The position numbers and the translations under genes were made by a program. The notes beneath the pieces are model-generated. The model was given only the letters and a program-made list of their open reading frames with translations. It was not told where the DNA came from and searched no databases. A stretch of DNA of 64,000 nucleotides from contig JAUCBJ010004179.1 in the NCBI GenBank assembly GCA_032718475.1, forward strand, positions 1 through 64,000. Direction: 5' to 3'. The stretch comes from Nemertoderma westbladi (lineage: Eukaryota > Animalia > Xenacoelomorpha). This document shows positions 38,691 to 52,442 of this stretch, in pieces. Each line of letters starts with the position of its first letter. Within the stretch, counting starts at the first letter, position 1.

Positions 38691-41600
38691 GTCAGACTGT
38701 AGAACCGGACTGGTAGCAACTGCCAACTACAGAACTACCGGTACGGTACCGGTACTGAACTACGGCAGAAAATGAATTTCTTCGTTTGCGGTTTCTACTC
38801 TTGTTAACGGTTAAATATATTAATTAAAGACTATGTATTGGTACGACCGACGGCACCGGCAACTGGTATAATCAGATGTAGATGTACATACCAATCTGCC
38901 AATACAACAATAGCAATAGGCCTACCCCTACCAACCATCCATCGACTCAGCAACTGCAACAATGGAAGTTATGCGGACTAACCAGCTGACCGGCATTCTA
39001 AGATCAGGCACCCACTACCAGAGTCTACCCAGCTGCCCAGAAAAGTGTTGGAATTGAAATCAAACAACTCACCACCAAGGCCGCCTCTGTCTGTTGACCT
39101 CGACTTTCGGTATCGCTGCCGCTATGGGCAAACTGGACTAACCGTAACCAAGGCAGCAAGGATGAAATAATCCGGTTTTTGAATCTCACTCTGCCATCAC
39201 CCAGTGCCCGGCGGTGTTGAAATTGACACGCATTGTACAAGCAGTAGGCCTATTGCTCCGAGTTTCTGGCTGGTCGGGTGCAACTGCTGCATCTACATTG
39301 CCACACTATAACTCGGGCTCATGAGGAATAGACCAGATACAATCCACATTATCCCAGGCAGGTTGCCAAAGAAAATAAGTAGTAGAAAGGAGACCATTAT
39401 TATACCCCATCAAAGTGTTGTAGCTAGGCCTCCAGCCACACTACCAATAATTCCCTCAGGCACCCCCCCACCCCCCCCCCCCCCCTGCCCCCATGATAAG
39501 GCATCATAATATCATATAAAGTTCTTAGAAAGCCAGCTTATTACTTAGGCCTATATTATATAATCTCTCAACCAGTTTAATAGTCTGTAATGTAATGCAA
39601 TGAAATGGAGCCCAATTGACCACTGCAGGAGGGGGGTGCCCACTGGCTCCTGCCTTGGTTTCTGTGCTTTGATTAGACGACGTCGCTGTGCCTTGCCTGT
39701 CAAGCAGGGTTCAATATATACCAATGAAAGATACCATAAATAAGATAGGCACTCTGACTCTGATGTAATATAATAAATTATGTAATTTTTCTGGGCACAC
39801 TGACCAACGTGATTGGATATTGCGTACCTTGTCTTGCCGAGTCACAACTAAATAACCTGTGGGTGGCTATGTATTTTAATTCAATATTATTATTAATACC
39901 ATGAAAATTACTTTGAAATGTAATTAATTAGAACATTAATTTTTTTCAACAAAAAAAGTTTTTTTTTGACTTTCAACAAATAAAAAAAGTGTACTTAATA
40001 ATGTACCGGTACCATAATTAGTTCAATTTCAAAATGTGGCAGTTTATAAAATAATGTACCATGGTGTGGGGTGGGGGATTGTTTCACGAAGCGACATTTA
40101 ACTAAATGGAAATCGCCGATTTGTAAATAAGGTATTTAAAAAACGGAAGCACATTTAAATTTTACGTCCCTTAATTTAAATGACATGAAGGGGTAAAATT
40201 GAAATTTGCCTACTGTCATTTTGCAATACTTTTATGTTTATCAATACATGTTATGATTCCATGGTAGTATAGTACTAGTTTTTAAGAATAAGTTAACTGT
40301 TCTTAATAGAAATATTATTAAATTTACTGAAAAGCCATGACAGCATGACGACCAGACCAGTTGCAGACCATAAATGCCGTATATATTATTATGTTAATGA
40401 GTTTAAATGACACATCATTACGTAAATGATTTAAAGCTAAATGACAGGGGGATAAATGACACGCGAATAGCAGTTTCTTGAAACATAAAAACTTTCTGTT
40501 ATAATTAAAGTATTATTTTTAATCTTTCCAATTAAGCCAAATTAAATGACCGTATGTAAAACAGTCCCCTCAGTTTAATTATAATATTAATTTAATTTAT
40601 TAATTCAATTTCATTTGTAATTTCAGTAACTTACTTTATAACAGCGTTTGAATAACAGCATTTATACAGCGTTTGAATATTTGAGCCAATCATAGGTGCC
40701 AGATACAGTGACCACAGTACGCGCGTGACCTGAGACCCCAATGGAAGGTTCAGAGTACTGGCCAAAACATTTTCGCATCAAATTGTACCGTAAAATGTTA
40801 CTGCATATCAGCAAAGTCACCTACCGGTATTTGATCAGCAAAAGATTAGGTCTGACTGCGTGATTTGGGTCTGATCATATTTTCCTTTGCATGCATAAGA
40901 AGCCCTTCAATGGTCACTATCCGCTACATTGATCTAATCCATATCGTCAGTAATCTATATCGTTATAAGATTTATTTTGATTTGGTGCGATTTGGGTAAT
41001 TTTAGTTTTTTTGGGGTAAACTATGGTATTAATAACTTCCAGTAAAATGCCTACGTTAAGAACATTGCTAGAAATGTCAATCATCTATAGCCTACAAACT
41101 AAGGGTAACTGTTAGCCAGTTACTGTACATGGGCAGATGGGTATACTAAGTACAGGAGTACGGTACTTGGATATTCCTGTATTCACAATACTCAACTATA
41201 TGAAGATAGGGTACGTTTTGACTAAAATACGGCATCTGATGTAACATTTTGACTAGGCCTATCTGTCAAAAGAACCTCCACTATATATGCCCTACATGTA
41301 GGCCTACCATACCTGCACCGGTGCTCACTACAGACTGTGGAGGTAGCTACCGGCAAGAGGTGTTTGGTATATAGTTTTAGTCAGTAATGGCATACAGCAA
41401 CTACTGACTTTGTGATTTCATCAAGTTCATCAAACCAGGCTGATGAATCAGCTGTATTAATAATTGCAGCTGGATTGGATAAATTATTAATTAATTTGGG
41501 AAACTTTACTAATTAGTAAAATCGTTAATTAGTTCGATTCAAAAGATTTTAGAATAATTATCATTTGTAAAATAGTAAACCGCTTTGATACACCTTGTGA

Positions 41601-42479
41601 ATAAGGATTTGGGGGACGGGGGGGCAAAGCCCCCCCCCGCCAGTTAGGTAATTAAGTAATTAGTTAATTACTAATTAACGGTAGGAGATACGGCATCGGC
41701 GCCCGAGACTTTTTGTGTAGAATAAAATTCCGAACAACTTTGTGATGTTACGTTTTTTCATAGCTCTTAGTGTTTTCGAGTTCCGACGTTAATTAGTTTT
41801 CGGCTATAGTACTAATTAACAGTGATAGGAGGGCCATAGCGATGACTGAACTTTTTTTAGATCTTACCGAGATGAACAAAAAAAAAACACCGTTGCTAGG
41901 GGAAAAACCAAATACTTTTCGAGAAAAATCAATTAGAAATCTTTAATCGCTAATTACTAATTAATTAATTAACAGATTTTTGCCAAATATTTCTCTGCTG
42001 TGCGCGCTCGGGCCATCTATAAGATCGCGCAAACAGAATCGTTCTAGCTTTCGCCGTTCTCCTGGAAAAATCCTTTAAAAAACCACCTAAAAAAGATCAA
42101 AGCAAAGTGCCTACTTCTGACCACTGGCGATATAATGCTATCTTATGAGGTTTTACTTTGGTGTTTATGTTGGTTTGCTAAGTTCTGTTAAAAAGGCTGC
42201 ATTATTTATTCCTCATAAGACTCTGTCGAGCCTTTGGCTCTCCAGTGGCAGCCTATTGCTCAAGGCTGATTAAAGGCTGCTTGGGAAGGCCTATAGATGA
42301 TGTTGTAGCTCTAGCCAATCAGGGAGCTAAATGCCAGTTTTTTTTCTTTCTTCATGTCCAACAAAATTCTGGTGATAAATTGAGACAGGAAAGAAGCTAA
42401 GAGCTTCTTAATTATTTAAATATTGTTCAAACCAGAAGTATGTTGTTACTATGTTAGTGCACATGTTGCGTTAAAAGAC

Positions 42480-43983
42480 TGAGGTCTTTAAAATTCCTGA
42501 GTGTTTAAAGCTCATCTATCCCATCATAGTAGACATGTACCGTACAACAAGAGTCCCACAAGAAATGAAAACAAATAAGTTGGTGCCAGTTCCCAAGAAG
42601 GGCAACCTAACACTCTATGGTTCTTTTCGGGGAATCTCATTGATCTCGATTGCTGCAAAGCTATACAGTAGAATTATATTAAATCGCATCAGGGATCCCA
42701 TTGAGAGACTGCTCCGTGGAAATCAGAATGGGTTCCGTCAAGGTCGTGGGACCATGGAGCCCATTTTGGCACTTAGAAGGATAATTGAAGAGTTATCATA
42801 AAAGAAAGACAGGCATCTGGCTGTTATCTTTGTTGACGTCTTCAAGGCCTTTGATTCAGTCTCTCGCTTACGTATGTTTAGCATACTTTCATTATATGGG
42901 ATTCCTGATGAAATTATTGCAGCAATCAGATCAGTATTCGATGGTTCGACAACATTTGTGTCTACTGTTGACGGTCACACAGAACCATTTGAAGTGTTAT
43001 GGGGCGTCCTCCGGGGAGACACACTTGCACCATTCTTGTTCATAATTGTTGTTGACTATGTTCTACGCATGTCCTTAGATCATCATAATGGTGATGGGGT
43101 GATGATAACTCCACCTACTGGCTCCAGAAGTCGAGGAAATCCTGCAAAGTACCTAACTGATCTAGACATTGCTGATGACTTAGGAGTACTCTCAGAATCA
43201 CTAGAGGGAGCCCAACGGCTCCTCAGCTCATTAGAACATGCTGCTTTTAGTGTTGGTCTTTTTATTAGCTCCAGAAAGACCAAAATTTTGACAGTTAACT
43301 TTGAAAATCCTCAGCAAGTCTCTGATCGGATGAGCATAAGCTCAAAAGATGGTATGCTTGAGCATGTGGATGACTTCTGTTACCTGGGATCATGGATCCG
43401 GAAGTCAGGTGAGGACCTTCGAATACGTAAGGGAAAGGCATGGGCGCCTTGAATAGGCTTTCCAAGATTTGGAAGTCACCGAGAATTAATCGGAAACTTA
43501 AGGTCCGGTTATTTAGAGCAGCAGTAGTTCCAGTACTCCTCTATGAGAGCCCATGCTGGGCTCTAACTGCTGAGGACACCAAATCTATGGACGGCACATT
43601 CACAAGAATGCTACGCCGGGTTCATTGTGTCAAGTTTAATGCACACATTTCCAACCAGACACTATATAACATTGGAGGTGTCTCATTGGTTCCCCCAAGC
43701 TTGACACTAGAACAAAATCGCCTCCGCTTTGCAGGACATTGCTTTCGCCGTGAGGACCAGCCAGTGCATAATCTTGTACTTTGGCAGCCTCATGGAGTGA
43801 ATAAGCATGGTGGACAGCCCATGACTTTCTTGAGACGCATCTTAAAGGACACTGGCCTTGAAGATGCGGATGATCTAGCAAATGTCATGACTGATAGGGA
43901 GTTGTGGCGGTGCAATTTTGTCGATAAGCCGGCACAGCATTCTTAAAAATGCAGCTGCAATGCAGCATGCCGATTCTAGTAGT
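42480..43983 (+). mobile_element. RTE-like LINE, 5' truncated and frameshifted
   Basis: PVPKKGNL, FRGISL, QNGFR, D..KAFDS, GVLRGDTLAPFLF, IADD, YLGS, RFAGHC motifs; (TAG)n tail. Confidence 0.88.
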
Positions 43984-44304
43984 GCGTTATGGTTTGGCAA
44001 TATGCCTATGGGTAAGTGTGCTGCGAAGTGCACATGGTTTGGTTTTATATCTAAATAACTCTGTGTAAGTAAGACACATGTTTATGTTTGTATGTTAAAC
44101 CTGAGCAAAATTTTTTATCTAATTAATAACAGACGGGAGAGGGGAGAGGGGGGGGGGGGGGGGTTGGGGCAAGACGCAAGGATTTGGTTTATTACCGTAT
44201 TTATTTATACAGTAAATTTTCTACTTAAACATAAAACTTGTTCCGACTAGTTTTATTAATTATAATTTTTAATTAAGTAAAGAGTAAAGACCAGTAATAA
44301 AAAC

Positions 44305-45051
44305 ATGGAAGAGGAATTTAATGTGGCAGAATTCAGTGCAGCCCTTAGAAACCGTATCGCAGGAATGAACAGAGAGGAATCAATGGTAATATACGATCAA
44401 CAGGCGAATGGTTGGGATAAAATGATGAGCGCATTAGGAGATAATTATATACCGGGGCTGCAATGTGCCAACTTCGTGTTAGAATCGATATCGGCGAGAA
44501 ATTGGGAACCAAAAGTAATCGATATCGGGTGTGGAACCGGAGTAATCGGAGAAATTCTACAGCGGAAGTCGGGGTTCCGGGGTAAACTCCACGCGATGGA
44601 GGGGAGCGAAGGGATGATGAGTAAAACCCGAGAGAAACCTATTTATTCGAGGTACTTCCAACAGCTGTTTAACAAGACTAATTGCGGTTTCCCTGACAAC
44701 TCGTACGACATTGCAGTTCTAGTTTCGGTTTATGGTTACGGAGGTATCGATTGGAAGTATCTCCCGGAGATTATCCGAATAGTAAAGCCTTCCGGGTTGG
44801 TTGCAATCGCTTCGAATACCGACCGGATATTCCAGGATAGTTCCCAGGGGACACTCGAATCCCATCTATATAAACACATCGATAACGGTAATTGGAAGCT
44901 GTTACAGTGCGTACAGGCTAATGATAAACCAATTATCAGCCATCTGTTTGAAGTCAATGTGGATAAACCGTCGCTGGATGGCGTACCAGATATGGATTGC
45001 GAGGATCTGCCGTTTCAGAAACCGAAAACTTGTGCCTGGAAAAAGATCTGA
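44305..45051 (+). CDS. Intronless class I SAM-dependent methyltransferase (METTL27/WBSCR27-like), nested in an intron
   Basis: 248-aa intact ORF with good ATG context, N-terminal YD..A..WD, motif I VIDIGCGTG, SEGMM, FPDNSYD, RIVKPSG; AATAAA at about 45152. Confidence 0.8.
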   Translation: MEEEFNVAEFSAALRNRIAGMNREESMVIYDQQANGWDKMMSALGDNYIPGLQCANFVLESISARNWEPKVIDIGCGTGVIGEILQRKSGFRGKLHAMEGSEGMMSKTREKPIYSRYFQQLFNKTNCGFPDNSYDIAVLVSVYGYGGIDWKYLPEIIRIVKPSGLVAIASNTDRIFQDSSQGTLESHLYKHIDNGNWKLLQCVQANDKPIISHLFEVNVDKPSLDGVPDMDCEDLPFQKPKTCAWKKI

Positions 45052-46429
45052 GAATTTAATTGTATAACCAGCGTAAATAATATAATCATTCATGTTTATC
45101 GATTTTGTGAAGGGTATTCTCCAGCTTATGTTATGGGAAAGTTTATAAAGAAATAAAGTTCTCTCGGCCCCCCACAATAATTTTTCAAAATGTTATAATC
45201 ACAAAATATTAGCTGTGGGGTTGATTTCGGGTTTCGGGGGTATTATTACCCGAAATCTATTCTTTTATATTTATAAACCTGTAAAGGTACTGTTCTGAAA
45301 TTGCTGGATGAAATTCTGTTCTGAATGTTCTTTAACAATTGTAGTAAAAAATACTTCATGTTTTGAAAATCAGGGAGGTTTCAGTATGTTTGTGCTATAT
45401 TTATTTTGGCGATAACATGGTGATGGTAGTATGCGTGATCAGCTAACAAGCATTAATAGGCGCCTCTATTGGCCATGGGAATCTATAATATTAATTTATA
45501 CCAATAAAAGTAATATAAATAAAATACTAGAAATCCTTGGATTAGAAAAACTTGTTCGGGAACTATTTTTTTTATATACTGTAATAGGGAACATTTTCTA
45601 GATCATTACAACATATCAAATCTATGGATAATTTTTTAACATTTTATAAAATGTCCTACAATTAAAATAATGTTTTGAACTTATTTACAATAATAGCAAC
45701 AATTAGCTATAACGTATGATTTTAAACATTTAAATAGTTCTAGAATAAAAAAATTAATTCTAGAACTTTTTAAATAATAATAATAACAGTCAACAGTTCA
45801 CATTTGGAGAAAATTTTTAACACAAAGAACTAGCGAGTCTTTCTAGAGTCTTTCCAAGTATAAATAACATTAGATCAATAGAAAGGAAATACACCAAAAA
45901 AATTATTTTATCTTATTGTCAGATAAAATTGTCTTAGATTTTATTACTGTACGTGTACATGTGTTGGAAGGGCATCGAAGTAGAACAGGTTTGCATTATT
46001 ATGCAAGCAATTTGAGCAACATCCATATCCATGCACACACTCAAAAAGTTATTGCAACTTTAGTATCTACAAGCCTTCCCTGGTTGTGGTTACTCCAAAA
46101 CGGAACTCAATATCCAATATTAGCTTATGTAGTGAAGCGGCTCTCTAGTTACGTAGTAAATATTCGATAACACTATTATTTATCATTGAGTAAGTTTATA
46201 TAACATGAATTCGTGTTTTATATCAATATGTCATAATACCACAATGCACAAAGCGGGGGTGGTAATACAGTTTCCGGTATTACGGGTGCAGGTTGAGGCT
46301 TCCTAGCTGGGATCTTTGAGGGAAAATAACTGTAGTCGTCTTTCATATATACAGTATATCACCTACATCGTAACAACTAAAGGCTCATCATCCGGGAAAG
46401 GATATAAGCAACACTGAGGAAAACACTTT

Positions 46430-47208
46430 GGCTTAACCAAACAGCTTAAATGTAAATTACAAGTAGCTCAGAATAAAGTTGTACGATTTATTAAAGACTA
46501 CAAACCTAGGCACCACCTAACTCCAGATGACTTTTCTGAATCTGGACTACTTAACTTAGATAGTAGAGTTAAGCAGCTACGCCTTAACCATGTGCATAAA
46601 GTGTATAATGGTAAATGTCCCAATTACCTAAAACAAAAATTCAACAGAGTACGTGATACACACTCTTATAGTACCAGAGCTAGTGCTTCAAACTTCTACC
46701 TCCCGAATTGTAAATCCTTTGAATCTGATACTTTCTTTTTTAACGGCATTAAAAATTGGAACGCTCTGCCTAATGAAATTAAAAACCTAAATAATCAACA
46801 TTCTTTTAAATCTGCAATTAAATCTCACCTCCGTGTGCAATGTAAAAATAGGTACAATAGTCATACAGTAAGTTATTAGTTTATTTATTATTTACTATTT
46901 ATACTGTAATTACGTTTTATAATAAATTGTTCTGTACATTACATCTTTATCGTTGAGTCGGACATTGTCACGCTCTCGGTAAAGTTGTACATGTACATAG
47001 TGTAATTACGTTTTATATTGGTTTTAGGTTAGCGTAGTGTAATATTGTATTTGTAACCAAGTAACATAAAGGACCCCCTTGGAAATAAGCTGCAAAGCTT
47101 TAGGGGTAATCCTATATGTTATGTTGGACAATACCTTTATACCGGTACATTGTTTGATGTATTTGTTATTGTTTTTACATAATGTATAAATAAATCTATC
47201 TATCTATC
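46430..47208 (+). mobile_element. 3' end of an L2/Crack/CR1-group LINE
   Basis: KLQVAQNKVVRFI...HSYSTR...GIKNWNALP...FKSAIK, 3' stem-loop GGACCCCCTTGGAAATAAG...GGGGTAATCC, AATAAA(TCTA)n tail. Confidence 0.75.
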
Positions 47209-47486
47209 ACTAAAACATAGGGTCACCCTATAGGTTGTAGGCCTATGGACACTAATACATACACGGGATGACATAGGGCCTCCCGATACATCCTACGTAC
47301 ACTCGTCAAGCAATAGGCACAATACATTTACTGTATTCTGTATAGTATGGTAGATTGCGCAACCACGTGAATTCATTCAGACGGTTTGGCCACTGGCTGA
47401 CTGTTTGAGCTTTGACTGTTTGTTAACCTGAACTTTGTAAGTGACAAACATGGGGTGATAATTAATGCCACTACACCAAGGTTCCA

Positions 47487-47760
47487 CCTTGGTGTAGTGG
47501 TTGCATTGAATTCGCATCTCCTGTAGGTCGTGGGTTCGATCCTCACATGGGCCAGGGCAGCTTTCGTTTCGGCACGAATGCTTTAAAGGGACCAGCCAGG
47601 GCGCATCTCTGCCTTACATCCTTAAGCAGTTAAGTGGTAGCTAAATGAGTACTAGAGTTTCCTCTGGGGAGTAAAGTTCTGGGGGGACCGCATTGGAAAT
47701 AAGTCGTCAGACTTTGTGCGTAATCCCTGGCCTAGCAGCCGAAGAAAATTTACATTTTTT
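47487..47760 (+). mobile_element. tRNA-derived SINE with Deu/Nin-like core and LINE-like tail
   Basis: A box TGGTGTAGTGG, B box GGTTCGATCC, core CTCTGCCTTACATCCTT...TAAATGAGTAC, tail GGACCGCATTGGAAATAAG...GCGTAATCC. Confidence 0.7.
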
Positions 47761-48199
47761 TTTTACAATGCCGTTATACGACTATCGACTAAAGGCGATA
47801 TATTGGTTTTTTGGGTCTCCGAAGTGCATAAGGATAAATCCCGTAACAATAATTATATATTATCTTTTATATGTTAAATTTAGATACCGGTATTGTATTT
47901 GTATTGAAATATATGTGGGGGAAGTTGCTAACAAATATATTGGAGTTATATATTCCGGTACAACAATTAACAATTGAATAAATTAATGATTCTATGGATT
48001 TGTTTGGTATCTTAATATTTATTCAACCACTTTATCATCAATATCACGATCAATAACATCACGTTAACGTTACAGTTCTATCAGTTACATAACACGTTAC
48101 AGTTTTATTTTTGAGAGTAATCAGCTGTTATTTGCGTCCAATTTCCCCTGGAGAGCGATGAATTTTTATTGCGTCCAGTTTCCCCCCCCCCCCCCCCCC

Positions 48200-49330
48200 A
48201 CCCCCTATCTGTAATCCGCAGGCAATTCAGCGGAATATTTTGCAGCAGCAGCTGTTGGATTTCTGCAGCTGCATGCTATCACAACCTTTCTTGCAGTTAC
48301 AGTATCTCAGGTGGTTCAGGTGGCAGATCGGTTATTTTAGGAAGGAGCTTTCCATCTATGAGCTTCCAACCCCAATCAATTGTATTTAAATCGGAAATCC
48401 TTTCTATACCTGTATCTGTAGGTATACACGATAGCTGTGATACTTTGCAGATTGCAGCTGATGGCTTCAGTAAGTGACAGTAACATTCGTCATCTGGGAT
48501 GCCGTGGGGTATTTATTGTTAAATATTTCGTATTGAGAATTTGCTTTTATCTCATTTTTTAAAATTTTAGGAGCTGTTTATATTATGTGATCCTTTTCTT
48601 TCTGTGCATCAACATATTTGGTACGTGTTGTAGTCACGTAAAACGCAATAAATTGTTGGGTAACTATTTATTATCTATCAAAAGACATCTTTCACAATAA
48701 AAATATCCTTTACTATATAAGTTCTGGCTCCACCACCAAATGTGTATCATATGAATCACCTTATTATGCAAACAGTATCTAGTAGGTAGTATACAGTAAG
48801 CAAACATTGTTCTTGGTACATTGACACTAACTAATAGTGTTATATTGCATTATGTACTCTACTACTACAGTACGTTTATAAAACTCACGGATAACTTTGT
48901 CCACATTTCAGTAAATGTAAAACCATTTGGTTTGCCGCAAACTTCAGAGATTACAATTTTATCAACAAAGTGATCTATAAGTTTATCTTTCTTGTGTGTG
49001 AAACTGCAAACCTCATACCCGGTGTCTTTTAAATATGTTTCCATTATCCCTAGTATATCGCCTATTGTCAAATGTTACCCATCTTCCAAACGCTTAACAG
49101 CCTCCATAAATGCTTGTGTACGAACAATGTCTTCTGGCCGACCGACCTTAAATCTTTCGGTTTCTGATTGAGAGACATCGATGGCTTGCAATTTTCTTAT
49201 CTTACGAAAAGTGACTTCACATTCCGTAGGCCTATGGTAAACAGTTCCAACCTACTAGTAAACATCAACACATGATAATCTCGATAGAACTTATATGCTC
49301 CATGTATATCCTCTTTCGTGATATACCAAA
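48200..49330 (-). mobile_element. Degenerate DNA-transposon coding relic (possibly Academ-associated XPG/CXC-type ORF)
   Basis: Minus-strand WGWKLIDGKLLPKITDLPPEPPEIL plus broken upstream ORF pieces; family assignment is from recalled motif only. Confidence 0.35.
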
Positions 49331-50076
49331 TGGTGTCGTGTGAAAACAACTTGTTAAAAAGTTATTAAAATAATTGGAATTAATTGTATATTTATTGAAA
49401 AATTATTTGAAATTGTTTCTAATATTTTTGAATCATGTACAGTATGTATATTGCTCAATGTTAATATTTCGTACTAATAAATTATAATAGTCAATAACTA
49501 TTTTTTAATTTAATAAATAAATATTATATTATTTAAACAATTGTGGGGGGGGGGGGTGATATAGTTTGTTTATAATTACAATAATATTTATTTATAATAA
49601 ACTATGATTAATTATAATAAATTTATAATAATTATTTATAATTATGTTCTAGAACATTCAATGTTGATTGAATGTATGGTATGTATAATAAAATAAAAAA
49701 AAATGTTAATATTTAATAAATCATCTTTTAAAAAATTACTAGCTAGTCGATTAGCTATTGTTCTAGAACACAATATTTTTTTTTAATGTTGCAATGAAGT
49801 CAGTAGTGGTATTACTATGCAAAAAGTACATCATTTCATTAATTAATATCAAAATACCAAATGCGGCTGCATACGGATCTCTCTCTAGCCTTGAAAAAAT
49901 TGTAAAGCCATCACAAAAGATTAGGATATCTTTTAAAGTACCTTTAAAATAATTTTATAAACAGCACTGAACGTTCAAAAAAGTCACATTGCTAATACAA
50001 ACCCATAAAGAGTGTTTAAAGAAAAATACTTCATAATATTTAAAGTGGTTGTACAGTAGTGATTTGTATAAAAAGT

Positions 50077-50750
50077 TGTGACGGGATCGGAGATCCCGAC
50101 CGGGTTAGAAATGTACTCGTCACCGCTCTTTGGGCAATCGTGTTACTCGCTTTGGCCGAAGGCCGTTGGGGAAAACAATAAGAGTTTGTGTTGTTTCTCA
50201 GTATTGATTAACATAGGCGATAATAACACGTCGGTACTGATAAATGAATATAGCAGAAAATACAGGTTAATTGTTACCGGTATGGCGGTGGCGGTCATTA
50301 ACTATGACCGGTCTGCACTGACTGATGCACACATCTCCAACCAGACACTATATAACATTGGAGGTGTCTCATTGGTTCCCCCAAGCTTGACACTAGAACA
50401 AAATCGCCTCCGCTTTGCAGGACATTGCTTTCGCCGTGAGGACCAGCCAGTGCATAATCTTGTACTTTGGCAGCCTCATGGAGTGAATAAGCATGGTGGA
50501 CAGCCCATGACTTTCTTGAGACGCATCTTAAAGGACACTGGCCTTAAAGATGCGGATGATCTAGCAAATGTCATGGGTGATAGGGAGTTGTGGCGGTGCA
50601 ATTTTGTTGACAAGCCGGCACAGCATTCTTAAAAATGCAGCTGCAATGCAGCATGCCGATCCTAGTAGTAGTAGTAGTAGTAGTAGTAGACTGACTGACT
50701 GAGAACTGACCGGTAAATCAGTAATGTAAGATAATATATGATTAACACAT
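50077..50750 (-). mobile_element. Truncated LTR of the 16048/23608 family, interrupted by an RTE tail
   Basis: Reverse complement of 26190-26363 joined to 23960-24091. Confidence 0.75.
50325..50689 (+). mobile_element. Short RTE 3'-end copy, near identical to 43639-43983
   Basis: Near-exact match, (TAG)n tail, TSD-like ACTGACTGA on both sides. Confidence 0.88.
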
Positions 50751-51207
50751 ATTGAATATGAAATATCAACGAAATTCACATATTGTTACATAATTGGAAT
50801 CCGAGAAACGCAAGGTTTCTAATGATTTGAAAAAATTAGGCCTACGGCGAATGCGAATAATGGCCGCGATACAGAGTGTGCGATTTCGCACAAGACATTT
50901 TTTTAAAACGTTTATAAAAAAAATAAAAGGCAAAATCGAAAATCTCGGCTTCATGGGGTCTTCGACTGTGAGTGGAACCAGGTGTGTTTCAAATATCAAG
51001 CAATATGATAAAGATTTGTATAAAAAACAAAACAAGCCCAAAATTGTCGAATTTTGTTGACGCAATCAAAAGATATGAACATTTAAAGTTTTTGCTAAAC
51101 TTTTACAGGTTTAAAGTGACAGTGACCATAAGCTATATAATTCGTTTTGTAAGTTATTACCAAATGTTTGTTGTAATGTAACTGAGCAACGTGTTGTTGT
51201 TTCTCAG

Positions 51208-51382
51208 GTGATTGTATTTGCCAGCCGGGGTATGAAGGTTCGCAATGCTCCGAAGAATGTGCGGATGGGACTTTCGGCGTCAATTGTGAGGGACTATGTG
51301 ACTGCGGAGGGAACTCCTGTTACCATGTGGACGGGATTTGTAGATGTGGTTCCGGAGTGACTGGGACAAGTTGCCAAGATAG
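51208..51382 (+). CDS. Multiple-EGF-repeat gene, exon 10
   Basis: ctcag acceptor, DCICQPGYEGSQCSEECADGTFGVNC...TSCQD, AG|GTAAAC donor; phase 1 to 2. Confidence 0.9.
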
Positions 51383-52250
51383 GTAAACAGCTACGACTTG
51401 GAATGGCAGCCCCACCCAAGTCGTGTCATAAATGTTTCATCGTGAAGTTCCTGTGTGGTAGACCACATTTTGCAACAGGCTATTTTTGTCAGCTAGTTTT
51501 TTAATTTTGTTAATGTTCTATAACATGTAGACCAAACTAGGACGAATAAAAATAAATAATATTGTATTATTTTTAGGTTTTATTATTTTTCTGAAAAGGA
51601 TGGCTTATCAGGTTCATAATAAACTTATCTTTTTATTCGATAGTACTTCAATATCGGTTGATACAGAAAATTACCAGTAATTCCTTATACTATGAGCTAT
51701 ATGTGGTTTAACGTGGGCATCGTAAACGCAATCTCATGTGCTCTACCAGATAGTTGGTCGCAATTGAAAAAAATGATATTCACGACAAATGCGTTTCTAC
51801 AAAATTTAATTTCGTTTATTGTTTTGGTTTGAAAATACCACCACTATAACATGCTCCTTTCCCTTATTATAAAGTGCAATATATACGTGCGGTCATGGTT
51901 TTTCGCCATTAATTATACCTTGTCCCCATGTTTTCAGCGTTACGGGGATTTCGACACATGGGTCTGATTAATTAAATGATTAGTTAGTATGTATTTAAAT
52001 ATTATATTAAATATATATAATTTAGATTATATTAGGATATAATGAACATATGGGATGGACCCTATTAAATAGTCATTTATAGTCATCATAGGCCCTATTA
52101 AAGGAGTTCAAATATTGAAGGAGTTATTTAGTGTTATAAAAGTAATTAATTAATAATTAATTAATTAATTATTAGCTGACTCGTTTTTAAAAATTTTGTT
52201 GGTAATTTTCTATTCATTGTTTATTCTATTTTGTTATTAATTAACCGTAG

Positions 52251-52442
52251 ATGTCTGCCCGGTTGGTATGGGGCTGACTGTGCGTTGGCCTGTCTCTGTC
52301 GCAACGGCGCCACTTGCAATCGGTTTAATGGGGAATGTCTCTGCGCTCCCGGCTATGTGGGCCAATATTGTGAGGATGAATGTCCAAAGAACCGGTACGG
52401 ACCGATGTGTTCCATCGCATGTAAATGTTCCCGAAGGAGCGG
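52251..52442 (+). CDS. Multiple-EGF-repeat gene, exon 11
   Basis: cgtag acceptor, CLPGWYGADCALAC...CSIACKCSRRS, GG|GTAAGT donor; phase 2 to 2 matches exon 12. Confidence 0.9.

Noticed and set aside
47487-47555. tRNA gene
   Set aside because: A and B boxes present but no convincing cloverleaf; continues into SINE core and tail.
50077-50689. Composite SINE with a shared head and swappable LINE tails (also 25493-26363)
   Set aside because: The shared head is the end of a solo LTR. LTR sequence resumes after the LINE piece and TSDs show simple nested insertions, so the 184-aa ORF at 50078 is a chance chimera.
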